Source: Terriglobia bacterium
GTDB taxonomy: Bacteria > Acidobacteriota > Terriglobia > Acidiferrales > UBA7541
Length of the DNA stretch: 64,000 bases
Assembly (NCBI GenBank): GCA_963695545.1
Contig: OY968796.1
Location: 416,001 to 480,000, forward strand
Reading direction: 5' to 3'
Shown: positions 1 to 9,863 of the stretch, piece by piece
How the letters are laid out: every line of letters starts with the position of its first letter
Numbering within the stretch: position 1 is the stretch's first letter
Translations under genes and position numbers: made by a program
The notes under the pieces: generated by a model
Seen by the model: only the letters and a program-made list of their open reading frames with translations
Database searches by the model: none
Told to the model about the DNA's origin: nothing

Positions 1-188
1 TCGACCGGCAGATCCGTGACGCGGCCGGTGACTTTGAAGCTCACGAGACTTTCGTGCGCTTCGACGTTGCCGGAAAGCACGATCGCGTTCGGATTTTTGG
101 GCTTTTCGATCCAACGGGGATACACGTAGAAATAGAACACCGCGGCGAGCGCCGCCACTATAAGCAAGATTGGAAAAATGCGTTTCAT
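1..188 (-). CDS. HlyD/YbhG-family membrane fusion protein, N-terminal part (runs off window)
   Basis: Manual translation from ATG 188: MKRIFPILLIVAALAAVFYFYVYPRW...IVLSGNVEAHESLVSFKVTGRV; N-terminal TM anchor; downstream of TolC gene. Confidence 0.8.
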   Translation of the reverse strand, partial: MKRIFPILLIVAALAAVFYFYVYPRWIEKPKNPNAIVLSGNVEAHESLVSFKVTGRVTDLPV

Positions 189-279
189 GGCCGCTTGACC
201 TCCGCTTTTGCTGATACGTAAATTTCGGCTGCGATTGATAATGAAATTCTGATACCGAGATTCGCTCGCGTGTTCACTG

Positions 280-1791
280 TCACGGCGCACCCGGCGCTGT
301 TACTGGCGGCGCTGTTGGTGGCTCGGCCGATGGAGAGCTCGACGCCGCGCCGAGATAATTCTTGAAATCGGATTCGGTGCCGCCCATGGCGCGAGCGAGC
401 GCCATCTGCGCGTCGGAGTGCTGCGCGAGCGCCACGATGCGATCGTCCTGCGCTTCGGCGACGGAGTTTTGCGCGGTGATCACTTCGATGTTGTCGCTCA
501 ATCCGTTGCGGAATCTGTCTTCGGCGAGCGTCAGCTCCTTCTGCGCGAGGTCGAGCGATTGCTGCGCGACGGCGACCTGATCCTCGGCCGATTGGAGATT
601 GAGCAGCGCGGTACGCAGGTCCTGCTCGATGCCGCGCGCCATGTCGCCGATCTGGTCGTTCAGCTGGCGCAATTGGCTATCGAGCTCGATGCGTTCGCCG
701 GTGCGGTCGCGATCGAAAAGCGTGACTGAGAGCGTGGCTTGCACCAGAAATGTTGCGGGCATCGAATCGAGCTTGTCGCCGATCGCGCCGAAATTTCCGT
801 TGACGCCGAGCGTTGGGTAGTAGCGTGCGTGCGAGGCTCTCTGCTGCTCGATGATGGCCTCACGTTGCACGGCGAGCGCGCGATAATCCGAGCGCGCTTG
901 CAAGGCTTGCGCGAGCGCGGGCTCGACGTCAGGCGGCGGCAACGGATGAAATTCGAGAGGATCGGTCAGCTCGAGCGGCGTGCTCGGCGGAAGACCGAGA
1001 TAGCGAGCTAACGCCAGCAGCGAGGTTTCATAATTGTTGCGCGCGACGAGCACGCTTTGCCGATCGTGCGAGAGTTGTACTTGCGCGCGCAGGATATCGA
1101 CTTCGGTGGCCAATCCCACCGAATGCTGATCGCGCGCGAGTTTTTCATCGGCGACGGAAGTGTCCACCTGCGACGACGCGGCTTCGGTTTGGGCCGCGGC
1201 CTGCTGCGCCATCAAGTAGAGCGCCGCGGTTTCACGCACGACTTGATCGCGCGTGTCCTGATAATCGAGTTTGGCGGCGTCCTTGGTATCCTCGCTGGCT
1301 CTCAAACTGTGAGTGGCGTGGCGGTCGATGATCGCCTGGCTGGCATAGGCTCGAAAATCGAAATTGGAGAATGGCCCGATCAGCGACGGAATTGTGACGT
1401 TGGGAATGGAAAAATTGAAACCGAGAGCGTGCAAGTTGATGTCCTGCTCGTTGGCCAGGGCGTGCGCGCTGACTTGCGGCAACAGAGGCGCCTTCGCGCG
1501 CACGCGGGCGCCCTCGTCGTACTGGACTTGTTCGCCGGCCACGAGCGCGCCGAGATTGCTGCGCAGCGCGAGAGCGATGGCGTCGTCGAGCGATAATTTT
1601 TGAGCCGCGGCGGAAGAATCCATCGACGCGGGCGGCGCCGGGGCTGCCGGCGCGGGCGTGGGCGCAATTTGCGGCACGGGCGCCTCAGCCAGCGCCGCCG
1701 TCGCCTGTTGGCCTGCGGCATACGGCGCGGTTGCAAGCAACACGCCCGCGACGAGCGCCGCTCGGGTCCGGATATTTCGCATCGCCATCAT
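280..1791 (-). CDS. TolC-family outer membrane efflux protein
   Basis: Signal peptide, LSLDDAIALAL..N motif, two OEP repeats ending ALARAMG. Confidence 0.9.
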   Translation of the reverse strand: MMAMRNIRTRAALVAGVLLATAPYAAGQQATAALAEAPVPQIAPTPAPAAPAPPASMDSSAAAQKLSLDDAIALALRSNLGALVAGEQVQYDEGARVRAKAPLLPQVSAHALANEQDINLHALGFNFSIPNVTIPSLIGPFSNFDFRAYASQAIIDRHATHSLRASEDTKDAAKLDYQDTRDQVVRETAALYLMAQQAAAQTEAASSQVDTSVADEKLARDQHSVGLATEVDILRAQVQLSHDRQSVLVARNNYETSLLALARYLGLPPSTPLELTDPLEFHPLPPPDVEPALAQALQARSDYRALAVQREAIIEQQRASHARYYPTLGVNGNFGAIGDKLDSMPATFLVQATLSVTLFDRDRTGERIELDSQLRQLNDQIGDMARGIEQDLRTALLNLQSAEDQVAVAQQSLDLAQKELTLAEDRFRNGLSDNIEVITAQNSVAEAQDDRIVALAQHSDAQMALARAMGGTESDFKNYLGAASSSPSAEPPTAPPVTAPGAP

Positions 1792-1857
1792 TGCATCTCC
1801 CGTTTACGATTCCGCGCATCACTGTATTTATGAAGACGAACGAGCGGCGCCGATCTT

Positions 1858-2598
1858 TCAGGCACCGGAACGCGCCGTCCTGGCGCGCGCCTCAGCCCTT
1901 CGCGCCACTCTACGTTCGCCTTTGCGGCCGTGAGGCACGATCCCGAAAAACGCAAAGTCCACCCAAGTGTCGAGCCAAGTGGTCAGTTCGAGTTCCGGAT
2001 CGAGCGCCCATAACAGGAATGCGCCGAAGATCTCTTGTTGCACCGCGCGCGCCACGTGCCGCGCGGGAATATCCGGCCTGATCTCGCCACGTTTCTGTCC
2101 GATCGCAACGATTTCGGCGAGTGCGCGCCGGCCTTGAGCCTGGTTGCCCGTCATCTTCCGCCGTACGGAATCGTTGAGCAGCGCCGCGACCAGGAAACTG
2201 CGCATCAATCTGGGGGTGAGTGGCGTTTCGCTAGCAGCCCCGTGTGCCAACTGGCGCATGGCTTGCAGTACGGTCTTCGTCCCCGCGCGCACTTCTCCGA
2301 GCGCCTCCTCCACCTTCGCGACGCGGGATTTCCCGAACGCGTCCAACACATGTTCCTTGGTCGGGAAATAGTTGAAGAAAGTTCCCTTGCCCACGTCGGC
2401 GGCCTCGGTGATGTCTTCGATCGAGGTGTCGGCAAAACCACGATCCGCGAAAAGGCGCAGCGCGCAGCGCATCAAACGCTCTCGAGTTTCGGCGTGGCGG
2501 CGCTCGCGTCGCCCGGGCCGATTCGCCCCTGCACGGACTCCAGCGGGCCTGCCCGTGTTCCGCGCTTGCCGTTTTTCTAATATGCGACTCATAGGCAT
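1858..2598 (-). CDS. TetR/AcrR-family transcriptional regulator
   Basis: HTH LFADRGFADTSIEDITEAADVGKGTFFNYFPTKE. Confidence 0.93.
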   Translation of the reverse strand: MPMSRILEKRQARNTGRPAGVRAGANRPGRRERRHAETRERLMRCALRLFADRGFADTSIEDITEAADVGKGTFFNYFPTKEHVLDAFGKSRVAKVEEALGEVRAGTKTVLQAMRQLAHGAASETPLTPRLMRSFLVAALLNDSVRRKMTGNQAQGRRALAEIVAIGQKRGEIRPDIPARHVARAVQQEIFGAFLLWALDPELELTTWLDTWVDFAFFGIVPHGRKGERRVARRAEARARTARSGA

Positions 2599-2632
2599 AT
2601 ATGACCGTAGGTCATATATGCCCGCAAGTCAA
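2594..2632 (-). promoter_or_regulatory. TetR operator (13-bp perfect inverted repeat) overlapping sigma70 promoter and start codon
   Basis: GGCATATATGACC-gta-GGTCATATATGCC at 2594-2622; minus strand TTGACT-17-TACGGT, ATG 5 nt later. Confidence 0.85.
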
Positions 2633-2718
2633 GAATAAAATACATGTACGGGGCTTATCGCATTCATCGCTGGGACAAATATGTAATGTTGGCGAGTGTT
2701 CCGAAGCGGTACGACTGG

Positions 2719-3879
2719 CTAGCCGCCCGCGGCAGCCGCGAAATCGGCTTGGTTCGGATAGCCGGGCAAACTTGTGGCGCGCAGCACGGCACGTACGATG
2801 GCTTCGGCCACCACTTCGGCCGCGAGCGCGCCGACCGCTCCGGTATCGGCAGGGGCATCGAGCGTTCCCGTCGCGAGCGCGAACACGGTGTCACCGTCAA
2901 ACGGCGTGTGCACGGGATTGATCGCGCGTGCCAGACCGTCTTGGGCCATCTGCGCGACTTTGGTCGCTTGGTCCTTTGTGAGCCGGGCATTTGTGGCCAC
3001 GACCGCGAGGGTTGTGTTTTTTTGATCGCCTTCGCTGACCAACACGCGCTCGCCTGCGCGGAGTTGCGCGATGGAGTTGCGCAGGCGCTTGCCGTCGGGC
3101 GTGCGCGCGCCGGCCAAGAGTTCGCCGGTTCGCGGAAGATAAACGTCGCCGGCGGCGTTCACGGCGGCGAGCGCCGCGACGATCAAACCAGTTTTGCCGG
3201 CGCGAAGACTGGCTGTGCCCAAGCCGCTTTTCATCGCGTATTGCATGCCGAACAGTTTGCCGATGGTCGCGCCCGCGCCTGCGCCGACGTTGCCTTCGGC
3301 CACAGGACCGGCATTCGCGGCGCGGCACGCGGCGTAACCGGAATCGGCGGTCGGTCGAATCTTGGGATCGCCGAGCTCGAGATCGAACAGAATGGCCGCG
3401 GGCACGATGGGAACAACGATCTCTCCGAGGTGGAAGCCAATTCCCTTTTCATCGAGGTAGCGCATCACGCCGGAAGCAGTGTCCAAGCCGAATGCGCTGC
3501 CGCCGGACAGAACGACGCCGTAGATTTGCTGCACGGTGTTGATCGGATTCAGCAAATCCGTTTCACGCGTGCCGGGCGCGCCGCCGCGCACGTCCACGCC
3601 GGCGACGGCTCCGTTCTTGCATAGGACTACGGTGCAACCGGTCGGCCGGCTCGTATCGGTGAAGTGGCCGACTTCGATGCCTTCGACATCAGTGAGCCCG
3701 CCACTCGAGCCAGCCGCTGAAGTCGCGCCGCTCGGCGAACTCGTTTGCCCTACACCGCGCGAATCTCGAGTGCTCGCGAGCAGGGCTCCTCCGGCAGCCA
3801 GAGCATTGCGGGTGAATTCGCGTCGGCTCATCGGTTTCTCCGTGGACTTGTTCGTGGGCGTCTCCAATCGATCCGTCAT
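2719..3879 (-). CDS. P1/S58 (DmpA-like) peptidase with putative Tat signal
   Basis: C-terminal part of ORF 2719..4998: GLTDVEGIEVGH, VDVRGGAPGTRETDLL, NTTL, HTPFDGDTVFAL; start MTDRL at 3879 overlaps upstream stop (ATGA); SRREF motif. Confidence 0.88.
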   Translation of the reverse strand: MTDRLETPTNKSTEKPMSRREFTRNALAAGGALLASTRDSRGVGQTSSPSGATSAAGSSGGLTDVEGIEVGHFTDTSRPTGCTVVLCKNGAVAGVDVRGGAPGTRETDLLNPINTVQQIYGVVLSGGSAFGLDTASGVMRYLDEKGIGFHLGEIVVPIVPAAILFDLELGDPKIRPTADSGYAACRAANAGPVAEGNVGAGAGATIGKLFGMQYAMKSGLGTASLRAGKTGLIVAALAAVNAAGDVYLPRTGELLAGARTPDGKRLRNSIAQLRAGERVLVSEGDQKNTTLAVVATNARLTKDQATKVAQMAQDGLARAINPVHTPFDGDTVFALATGTLDAPADTGAVGALAAEVVAEAIVRAVLRATSLPGYPNQADFAAAAGG

Positions 3880-5375
3880 GTTCGGCCCCCGCCGTGAGCG
3901 CCTTCGCTGCCGAGAGCGTCTAGAGGGCCGGCGCTGCGGCGCGGCGCGATCATCGTGACCGCCAGCGCAACGATTAAGCCGGTAAAGATTCCGACCGCCG
4001 GCGGCGAGAAGTAGCCGAGGCCGCGTCCGCCGGTCGCAAAGTGTGCGGCGAGATCGGCCGCGATCGCCGAAAAGATTGATGCCAGCGCACCGGGCGTTCC
4101 CATCCTCGGCCAGTATAGGCCCAGCACGACCGGCACGAACAGAGCCACCGCCAGCAGACCGTAGAAAATGCTGACCGCGGCAATCACCGACGGCAACACG
4201 ATCGCCAACGCGATTCCGGCGCAGCCCGCGAGCACGGTGGTCCATCGGCTGACGGCCAGAAGGCGCTTCGTCGTGACACCGGGATGGATGAACGTGCGGT
4301 AGAGATCTACGGCGAGCGAAGTTGAGAGCATGAAAAGGATGGCGTCGGTCGCGCTCAACTCCGCCGAAAATACGGCGGCTAACGCCCACAAACCTAGCCA
4401 CGGCGGCACGCCGCGCACCAGAACTGTGGGCAGCGCCAGTTCCGGATTTGTCAGCCCCGGGAACCGCGCGAGCGCGACGAGGCCGAACATCGCCGGCACG
4501 AATGCGAACGCGAGTTGCGCGACGGCATTCAGGCCCACGCCGACGCGCACCGCTTTCGCATCGCGCGCGCCATAAAGCTTCTGCACCAAACCGGGTGAGA
4601 CGATGAAAGACGGCACAAGGATCGCGATGTAGGCGAGAATCTGCCGCGGCCCCGCGCCCGTGAAACTCAACAATTTGCTTCCCTGCACGACGGCGTGGCT
4701 TGCGATTTGCGCGCTTGCCTGCCCGCCGACGCGGCCAGCGAGGGTGGCCGTCAAGCCCGACCATCCGCCTACCGAGCGCATCGCGAAAATTGCCGAAAGG
4801 CCGAGGCCCGTCATGGTCACGCTCAATTCGACGATGTTGACGATGGCCGACGACGCGAGTCCTCCCGCCGCGCAATACGCGATGGCCACCACGCCGCCCG
4901 CGAGGCAGCCTTGCCACTTCGGCAGGCCGATCACCACGGCCAGCACCCAGGAAATCGCCATCAATTGGCCGGCCAGAATCGCCAGCGTCCCGAACCACAG
5001 GATCACTGCGATCACGGCTTTGACGGCCTTGTGGTAACGAACGTCGAGATAGTCGCCGAGCGTTTCAAGTCCGCGCGCCTTGGCCACTTGCCACAGACGC
5101 GGCCCAACGGTGCTTGCAAGAATCAGGCATCCGATCCCGGCCGAACCGACCCACCACCACGCCGCAAGGCCGAATCGATAGCCCAGGCCCGCTGCTCCCA
5201 CAGTTGAGCCGGCGCCGATATTGGCGGCGAGGAAGGTCGCGAAGATCACACCGGGCCCTAAGCGCCGCCCGGCGACCAGGAAATCCCCAGCGCTCCGTAC
5301 TTTACGGGAAGCGAACCACCCTACGGCGATCAGCACCGCGGAGTAAGCTAGCAACGTGGCGAAATAGGGGTTCAT
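3876..5375 (-). CDS. Sodium:solute symporter (SSS) family transporter
   Basis: About 13 hydrophobic segments, DFLVAGRRLG and AAVFSAELSATD motifs. Confidence 0.9.
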   Translation of the reverse strand: MNPYFATLLAYSAVLIAVGWFASRKVRSAGDFLVAGRRLGPGVIFATFLAANIGAGSTVGAAGLGYRFGLAAWWWVGSAGIGCLILASTVGPRLWQVAKARGLETLGDYLDVRYHKAVKAVIAVILWFGTLAILAGQLMAISWVLAVVIGLPKWQGCLAGGVVAIAYCAAGGLASSAIVNIVELSVTMTGLGLSAIFAMRSVGGWSGLTATLAGRVGGQASAQIASHAVVQGSKLLSFTGAGPRQILAYIAILVPSFIVSPGLVQKLYGARDAKAVRVGVGLNAVAQLAFAFVPAMFGLVALARFPGLTNPELALPTVLVRGVPPWLGLWALAAVFSAELSATDAILFMLSTSLAVDLYRTFIHPGVTTKRLLAVSRWTTVLAGCAGIALAIVLPSVIAAVSIFYGLLAVALFVPVVLGLYWPRMGTPGALASIFSAIAADLAAHFATGGRGLGYFSPPAVGIFTGLIVALAVTMIAPRRSAGPLDALGSEGAHGGGRT

Positions 5376-5451
5376 GGCAAGCAGCCGTCAGGCCGGGCTA
5401 TAATAGCCTGAGTAGCAGCCTGCGAACTGCGGCGGAAGCGCACAAGACCGC

Positions 5452-5511
5452 TATTGCTGCAATAAATCTTATAAATACCGTTTGACAGCAAATCCGCTCT
5501 CTCTTTATAGT
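5452..5511 (+). promoter_or_regulatory. sigma70 promoter of ilv leader with upstream T-N11-A palindrome
   Basis: TTGACA 5482-5487, 18 nt, TATAGT 5506-5511; TATTGCTGCAATA 5452-5464. Confidence 0.6.
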
Positions 5512-5524
5512 AGTTCTTGCGGAC

Positions 5525-5653
5525 ATGACTGACTTTTCCATCTCCGGATCGATCTTCGCCACAGAGGCCAGCGCCGGGCACGCGCGCTTGTTCAACCTGC
5601 TTCCTGTAGGCTTGGTCGTGGTACGACTCGCGGTCTTGCGACCGCTGGGATGA
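5525..5653 (+). CDS. ilv operon leader peptide, 42 aa (Leu/Val-rich)
   Basis: MTDFSISGSIFATEASAGHARLFNLLPVGLVVVRLAVLRPLG*; 12 of codons 22-41 are Leu/Val; followed by terminator. Confidence 0.8.
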   Translation: MTDFSISGSIFATEASAGHARLFNLLPVGLVVVRLAVLRPLG

Positions 5654-5696
5654 CGACCGCCGGATGAAGGTAAGCTAGACGAAGCAAGAAAATCCG

Positions 5697-5734
5697 AGGT
5701 CGCCATCAAGGGGATGGCGGCCTTTTTGTTTGTT
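5697..5734 (+). terminator. Intrinsic attenuator terminator upstream of ilvD
   Basis: AGGTCGCCATC-aaggg-GATGGCGGCCT then TTTTGTTTGTT. Confidence 0.85.
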
Positions 5735-5824
5735 GGACGAGAATCGCACAAGAACGTGATCGGGCAGTGAGCACACAGCCGGCCGCAACGATGGCCGAGA
5801 GCAACCCAGGGAGAACGCCGAACA

Positions 5825-7498
5825 ATGGCCGAGAAACTTCGCAGCCGAACACTGATCGAAGGTTACAGCCGAGCCGGGGCGCGCTCAATGTTGCGCGCGG
5901 CCGGATTTTCCGACGAGGATTTCAAGAAGCCGCTGATCGCCGTGGCCAACACCTGGATCGAGATCGGCCCTTGCAACATCAATTTGCGCGAAGTCGGCGA
6001 AGCGGTGAAGCAAGGGATTCGCGAAGCGGGCGGCACGCCGATGGAATTCAACACGGTTTCGATCTCCGACGGCATCACCATGGGCACCGACGGCATGCGC
6101 GCTTCGCTCGTGAGCCGCGAGGTGATTGCGGATTCGATCGAGCTCGTCACGCGCGCCAACTTTTTCGACGGCATCGTGGCGATTTCCGCCTGCGACAAAA
6201 CGATCCCCGGCACGGTGATGGCGCTGGCCCGCCTGAACATTCCCGGACTGATGCTTTACGGCGGACCGATCCTGCCCGGACATTTCGAGGGCCACGACGT
6301 TTCCATTCAAGATGTTTACGAAGCCATCGGCGCGCACGCTACGGGACATATGTCGGACGAGCGCCTGGCGTGTCTTGAAGCCGTGGCGTGTCCGGGCGCG
6401 GGAGCGTGCGGCGGACAATTTACGGCCAACACCATGGCCACGGCTTGCGAATTCCTGGGAATTTCGTCGATGGCCAGCGCGGGCGTTCCTGCAACTTCAG
6501 GCGAAAAAAATCCCCTCGCGCGCCAGGCGGGCCGCTTGGTGATGGACCTGGTAAAGAAAAATGTTTTGCCGCGGCAAATCATCACCAAGGCTGCGCTGGA
6601 AAATGCCATCGCCAGCGTGATCGCCACGGGCGGTTCGACCAACTCCGTCCTGCACCTGCTGGCGATTGCGCACGAAGCCGATGTGCCGCTGACGCTGGAC
6701 GATTTCGATCGCATCAGCGCGCAGGTTCCGGTTCTGGCCGATCTCAAACCCGCGGGCCGCTTCATGGCCGTCGATTTCCATGAGGCCGGAGGAACACGGC
6801 TGATCGCCAAACTCCTGCTCGAAGCCAAACGCCTCGATGGTTCATGCATCACCGTGAGCGGCCGAACCATCGCGCAGGAAGCGGCGCTGGCGAGTGAGAC
6901 TGCGGGACAAGAAGTGATTCGTCCCTTGGCGAAACCTCTGAAACCCAGCGGAGGCCTGGTGATTTTGCGCGGAAACATTGCGCCCGAAGGATGCGTGTTG
7001 AAGACCGTCGGCGGCACCGGCGCCGCGGCCGTGCATCGCGGTCCGGCGCGCGTGTTCGACAACGAAGTGGACGCCTTCGCCGCGATCGAACAGAAAAAGA
7101 TCAAGGCCGGCGACATCATCGTGATTCGCTACGAAGGACCGCGCGGCGGTCCAGGCATGCCGGAAATGCTCCAAGTAACCGCGGCCGTCCTCGGCGCGGG
7201 CTTGGGCAAGGACGTTGCGCTGATCACCGACGGCCGTTTCTCCGGCGCCACGCACGGCATCATGGTCGGACACATTGCTCCCGAAGCTGCGGCGGGCGGT
7301 CCGATCGCTGCGGTGCGCGAAGGAGAGATCATCACCATCGACGCGAAAAATCGCGGGCTGAACGTCGAAGTGGATGCGGCGGAGTTGGCGGCGCGGATGC
7401 GCGCATGGAAAGCGCCGGAGCCGCGTTACGCGCGCGGCGTGCTGGCGAAATATGCGCGCGGCGTGTCGTCAGCCGCGATCGGCGCGGTGACCAATTAG
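5825..7498 (+). CDS. ilvD: Dihydroxy-acid dehydratase
   Basis: [31 protein letters not shown] motifs. Confidence 0.97.
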   Translation: MAEKLRSRTLIEGYSRAGARSMLRAAGFSDEDFKKPLIAVANTWIEIGPCNINLREVGEAVKQGIREAGGTPMEFNTVSISDGITMGTDGMRASLVSREVIADSIELVTRANFFDGIVAISACDKTIPGTVMALARLNIPGLMLYGGPILPGHFEGHDVSIQDVYEAIGAHATGHMSDERLACLEAVACPGAGACGGQFTANTMATACEFLGISSMASAGVPATSGEKNPLARQAGRLVMDLVKKNVLPRQIITKAALENAIASVIATGGSTNSVLHLLAIAHEADVPLTLDDFDRISAQVPVLADLKPAGRFMAVDFHEAGGTRLIAKLLLEAKRLDGSCITVSGRTIAQEAALASETAGQEVIRPLAKPLKPSGGLVILRGNIAPEGCVLKTVGGTGAAAVHRGPARVFDNEVDAFAAIEQKKIKAGDIIVIRYEGPRGGPGMPEMLQVTAAVLGAGLGKDVALITDGRFSGATHGIMVGHIAPEAAAGGPIAAVREGEIITIDAKNRGLNVEVDAAELAARMRAWKAPEPRYARGVLAKYARGVSSAAIGAVTN

Positions 7499-7528
7499 AT
7501 TTAGATTCGGGCGGAGCGAGGACGCGAC

Positions 7529-9247
7529 ATGGACGCGATGAAACGCAATGGAGCGGAAATCATCTGGGAGTGCTTGCTGCGCGAAGGCGTGCGCACGGTG
7601 TTCGGCTATCCCGGCGGCGCGATTCTGCCGGCTTACGACGCGCTGACGAAATATCCCGACATGCATCACGTGCTCGTGCGCCACGAACAGGGTGCCGCGC
7701 ATATGGCCGACGGCTACGCGCGCGCCAGCGGGCGCGTGGGCGTGGCGATGGCGACTTCCGGACCCGGCGCGACGAACCTTGTGACCGGCATTGCTACCGC
7801 GATGCTCGATTCCTCGCCCGTGGTTTTCATCACCGGCCAGGTGAACAGCAAATTCATCGGCACCGACGCGTTTCAGGAAGTGGACATCACCGGAATCACG
7901 CTGCCGATCACCAAGCACAATTATCTCGTGACGCGCGCTGAAGACGTGGCGCCGGCGATTCGTGAAGCGTTCCAGATCGCAGCATCGGGCCGGCCGGGCC
8001 CGGTTCTCGTCGATATCACGAAAGATGCGCAGACCACATTTTGCGATTTCGATTGGGACGCCGCGGCGCCGCATCGCTTGCACACGCAACAGGCGCAGGT
8101 GCACGCAGCGAACCTTGCGGAGGCTGCGCGGCTGATCAATCGCGCCGAACGGCCGGTGATTCTGGCCGGACACGGCATTCTGCTTTCGGAAGCGGCCGAA
8201 GAAGTGATGACGCTCGCCGAGCGCGCCGACATTCCCGTCGCGGTGACGCTGCTGGGCATCGGCGGTTTTCCCGCTTCGCATCCTCTCTGCCTCGGCATGA
8301 TGGGAATGCACGGCGAGGCCTGGGTGAACGTGGCGATTCAGGAAGCGGACTTGCTGATCGCGCTCGGCATGCGCTTCGACGATCGCGTTACGGGTAATCT
8401 GAAATCCTACGCGCCGCTGGCGAAGAAAATTCACGTAGACATCGATCCGGCCGAGATCAATAAGAACGTGCCGGTCGATGTCGCGCTCGTGGGCGACCTC
8501 AAACCGGTGCTCAAGCAATTGCTGCCGCTGGTGCAGCCGGCGCGCCACGCGAAATGGCATGAACGTGTGCGCTCGACGAAGGGCGAATCCGCCGTGCGCG
8601 ACATTCAGAATCTTCCCGACGACGGCCATCTTTACGCCGCGCACGTGATCCACGATCTATGGCGCGCGACGGGCGGCGACGCGATCATCGTCACCGACGT
8701 CGGCCAGCACCAGATGTGGGAAGCACAGTATTACCGGCACGAGCGGCCGCGCTCGCTGATCACCTCGGGCGGACTGGGCACAATGGGATTCGCGCTGCCT
8801 GCGGCCATCGGCGCGAAAGTGGCTTGCCCAGACGCCGAAGTCTGGGCCGTGGTGGGCGACGGCGGCTTCCAGATGACTTCAGCGGAAATGGCCACCATCG
8901 TTCAGGAACAACTCGGCGTGAAGATCGCGATCATCAACAACGGTTATCTCGGAATGGTGCGCCAGTGGCAGGAATTTTTTCACGAAGGGCGCTATTCGGC
9001 CACGCCGCTGCTCAATCCCGATTTCGTGAAGCTGGCCGAAGCGTTCGGCATTCGCGGGCTGCGCGTCTCGCAGCGCGCGGAGCTTGAGCAAACCGTGCGC
9101 GAAGCGCGCGCCACAGACGGGCCGGTGCTGGTGGATTTCCAGGTGGAGCAGGAGGATTCGGTGTATCCGATGATTCCGGCCGGCAAGGCGCTGCACGAAA
9201 TGATTCGGCGTCCTTCGGCCATCGCGGAGACGGCCGGAGATCCGTAA
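7529..9247 (+). CDS. ilvB: Acetolactate synthase large subunit
   Basis: FGYPGGAILP, RHEQGA, TDVGQHQMW, GDGGFQM..NNGYLGMVRQWQ. Confidence 0.97.
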   Translation: MDAMKRNGAEIIWECLLREGVRTVFGYPGGAILPAYDALTKYPDMHHVLVRHEQGAAHMADGYARASGRVGVAMATSGPGATNLVTGIATAMLDSSPVVFITGQVNSKFIGTDAFQEVDITGITLPITKHNYLVTRAEDVAPAIREAFQIAASGRPGPVLVDITKDAQTTFCDFDWDAAAPHRLHTQQAQVHAANLAEAARLINRAERPVILAGHGILLSEAAEEVMTLAERADIPVAVTLLGIGGFPASHPLCLGMMGMHGEAWVNVAIQEADLLIALGMRFDDRVTGNLKSYAPLAKKIHVDIDPAEINKNVPVDVALVGDLKPVLKQLLPLVQPARHAKWHERVRSTKGESAVRDIQNLPDDGHLYAAHVIHDLWRATGGDAIIVTDVGQHQMWEAQYYRHERPRSLITSGGLGTMGFALPAAIGAKVACPDAEVWAVVGDGGFQMTSAEMATIVQEQLGVKIAIINNGYLGMVRQWQEFFHEGRYSATPLLNPDFVKLAEAFGIRGLRVSQRAELEQTVREARATDGPVLVDFQVEQEDSVYPMIPAGKALHEMIRRPSAIAETAGDP

Positions 9248-9319
9248 AGTTCGCGCGCGACGCGCCGCCGGAAAAATTAAGAAAATCCCGGAGAGAAAAA
9301 GAAAGAGACCTTCGAGAAG

Positions 9320-9808
9320 ATGCGCACCTTTTTTGTGATGGACGTTGAAAATCGCCGCGGCGTGCTCGAGCGCATCGCTTCCGTGCTGCGCCGGCGCATG
9401 CTGCAGATCGAAACCATCGTGGCCGCGCCCACGCCGGATCCCGCGCGCGCCGTGATCACATTCGTGGTGGACACGGACGATTACGGAATTCAGCGCATCA
9501 CCACCGGCCTTGCGAAAATCGTGGAAGTGATTTCGATACATCACCGGCAGGATGCGAGCGGCCCCGTAATCGAATCGGCCATCGTGCATTTTTCCGACGG
9601 CGCCGGCGAGCGGCGCGCTTCGAGCAATCCCGATTCCCTGCTGATTCACGCCAGCGGCAATCCGCAGGCCATCGATCGTTTCCTGAAGCTGCTCGAAAAA
9701 GCCGGTCGCGTCGACTCGGCGCGAACCGGAGAAGAAGCGTTCCCGCATGTGCCCGGCGAGCACGAGCACCGCGAGCCGGAAATCGAGCGGAATGCGCCGC
9801 GGCGCTGA
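9320..9808 (+). CDS. ilvN: Acetolactate synthase small regulatory subunit, divergent ACT domain
   Basis: VENRRGVLERIASVLRRR aligns with IlvH ACT domain; between ilvB and ilvC. Confidence 0.75.
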   Translation: MRTFFVMDVENRRGVLERIASVLRRRMLQIETIVAAPTPDPARAVITFVVDTDDYGIQRITTGLAKIVEVISIHHRQDASGPVIESAIVHFSDGAGERRASSNPDSLLIHASGNPQAIDRFLKLLEKAGRVDSARTGEEAFPHVPGEHEHREPEIERNAPRR

Positions 9809-9863
9809 TAGAATCTGCGAGCAAAACGTCATCGTGCAAATTTGATTTTCTCGGGAGGATGGA

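Noticed and set aside
3880..4998. N-terminal half of the 759-aa ORF 2719..4998
   Set aside because: Alternative-frame shadow of the symporter; peptidase similarity begins only after Met at 3879
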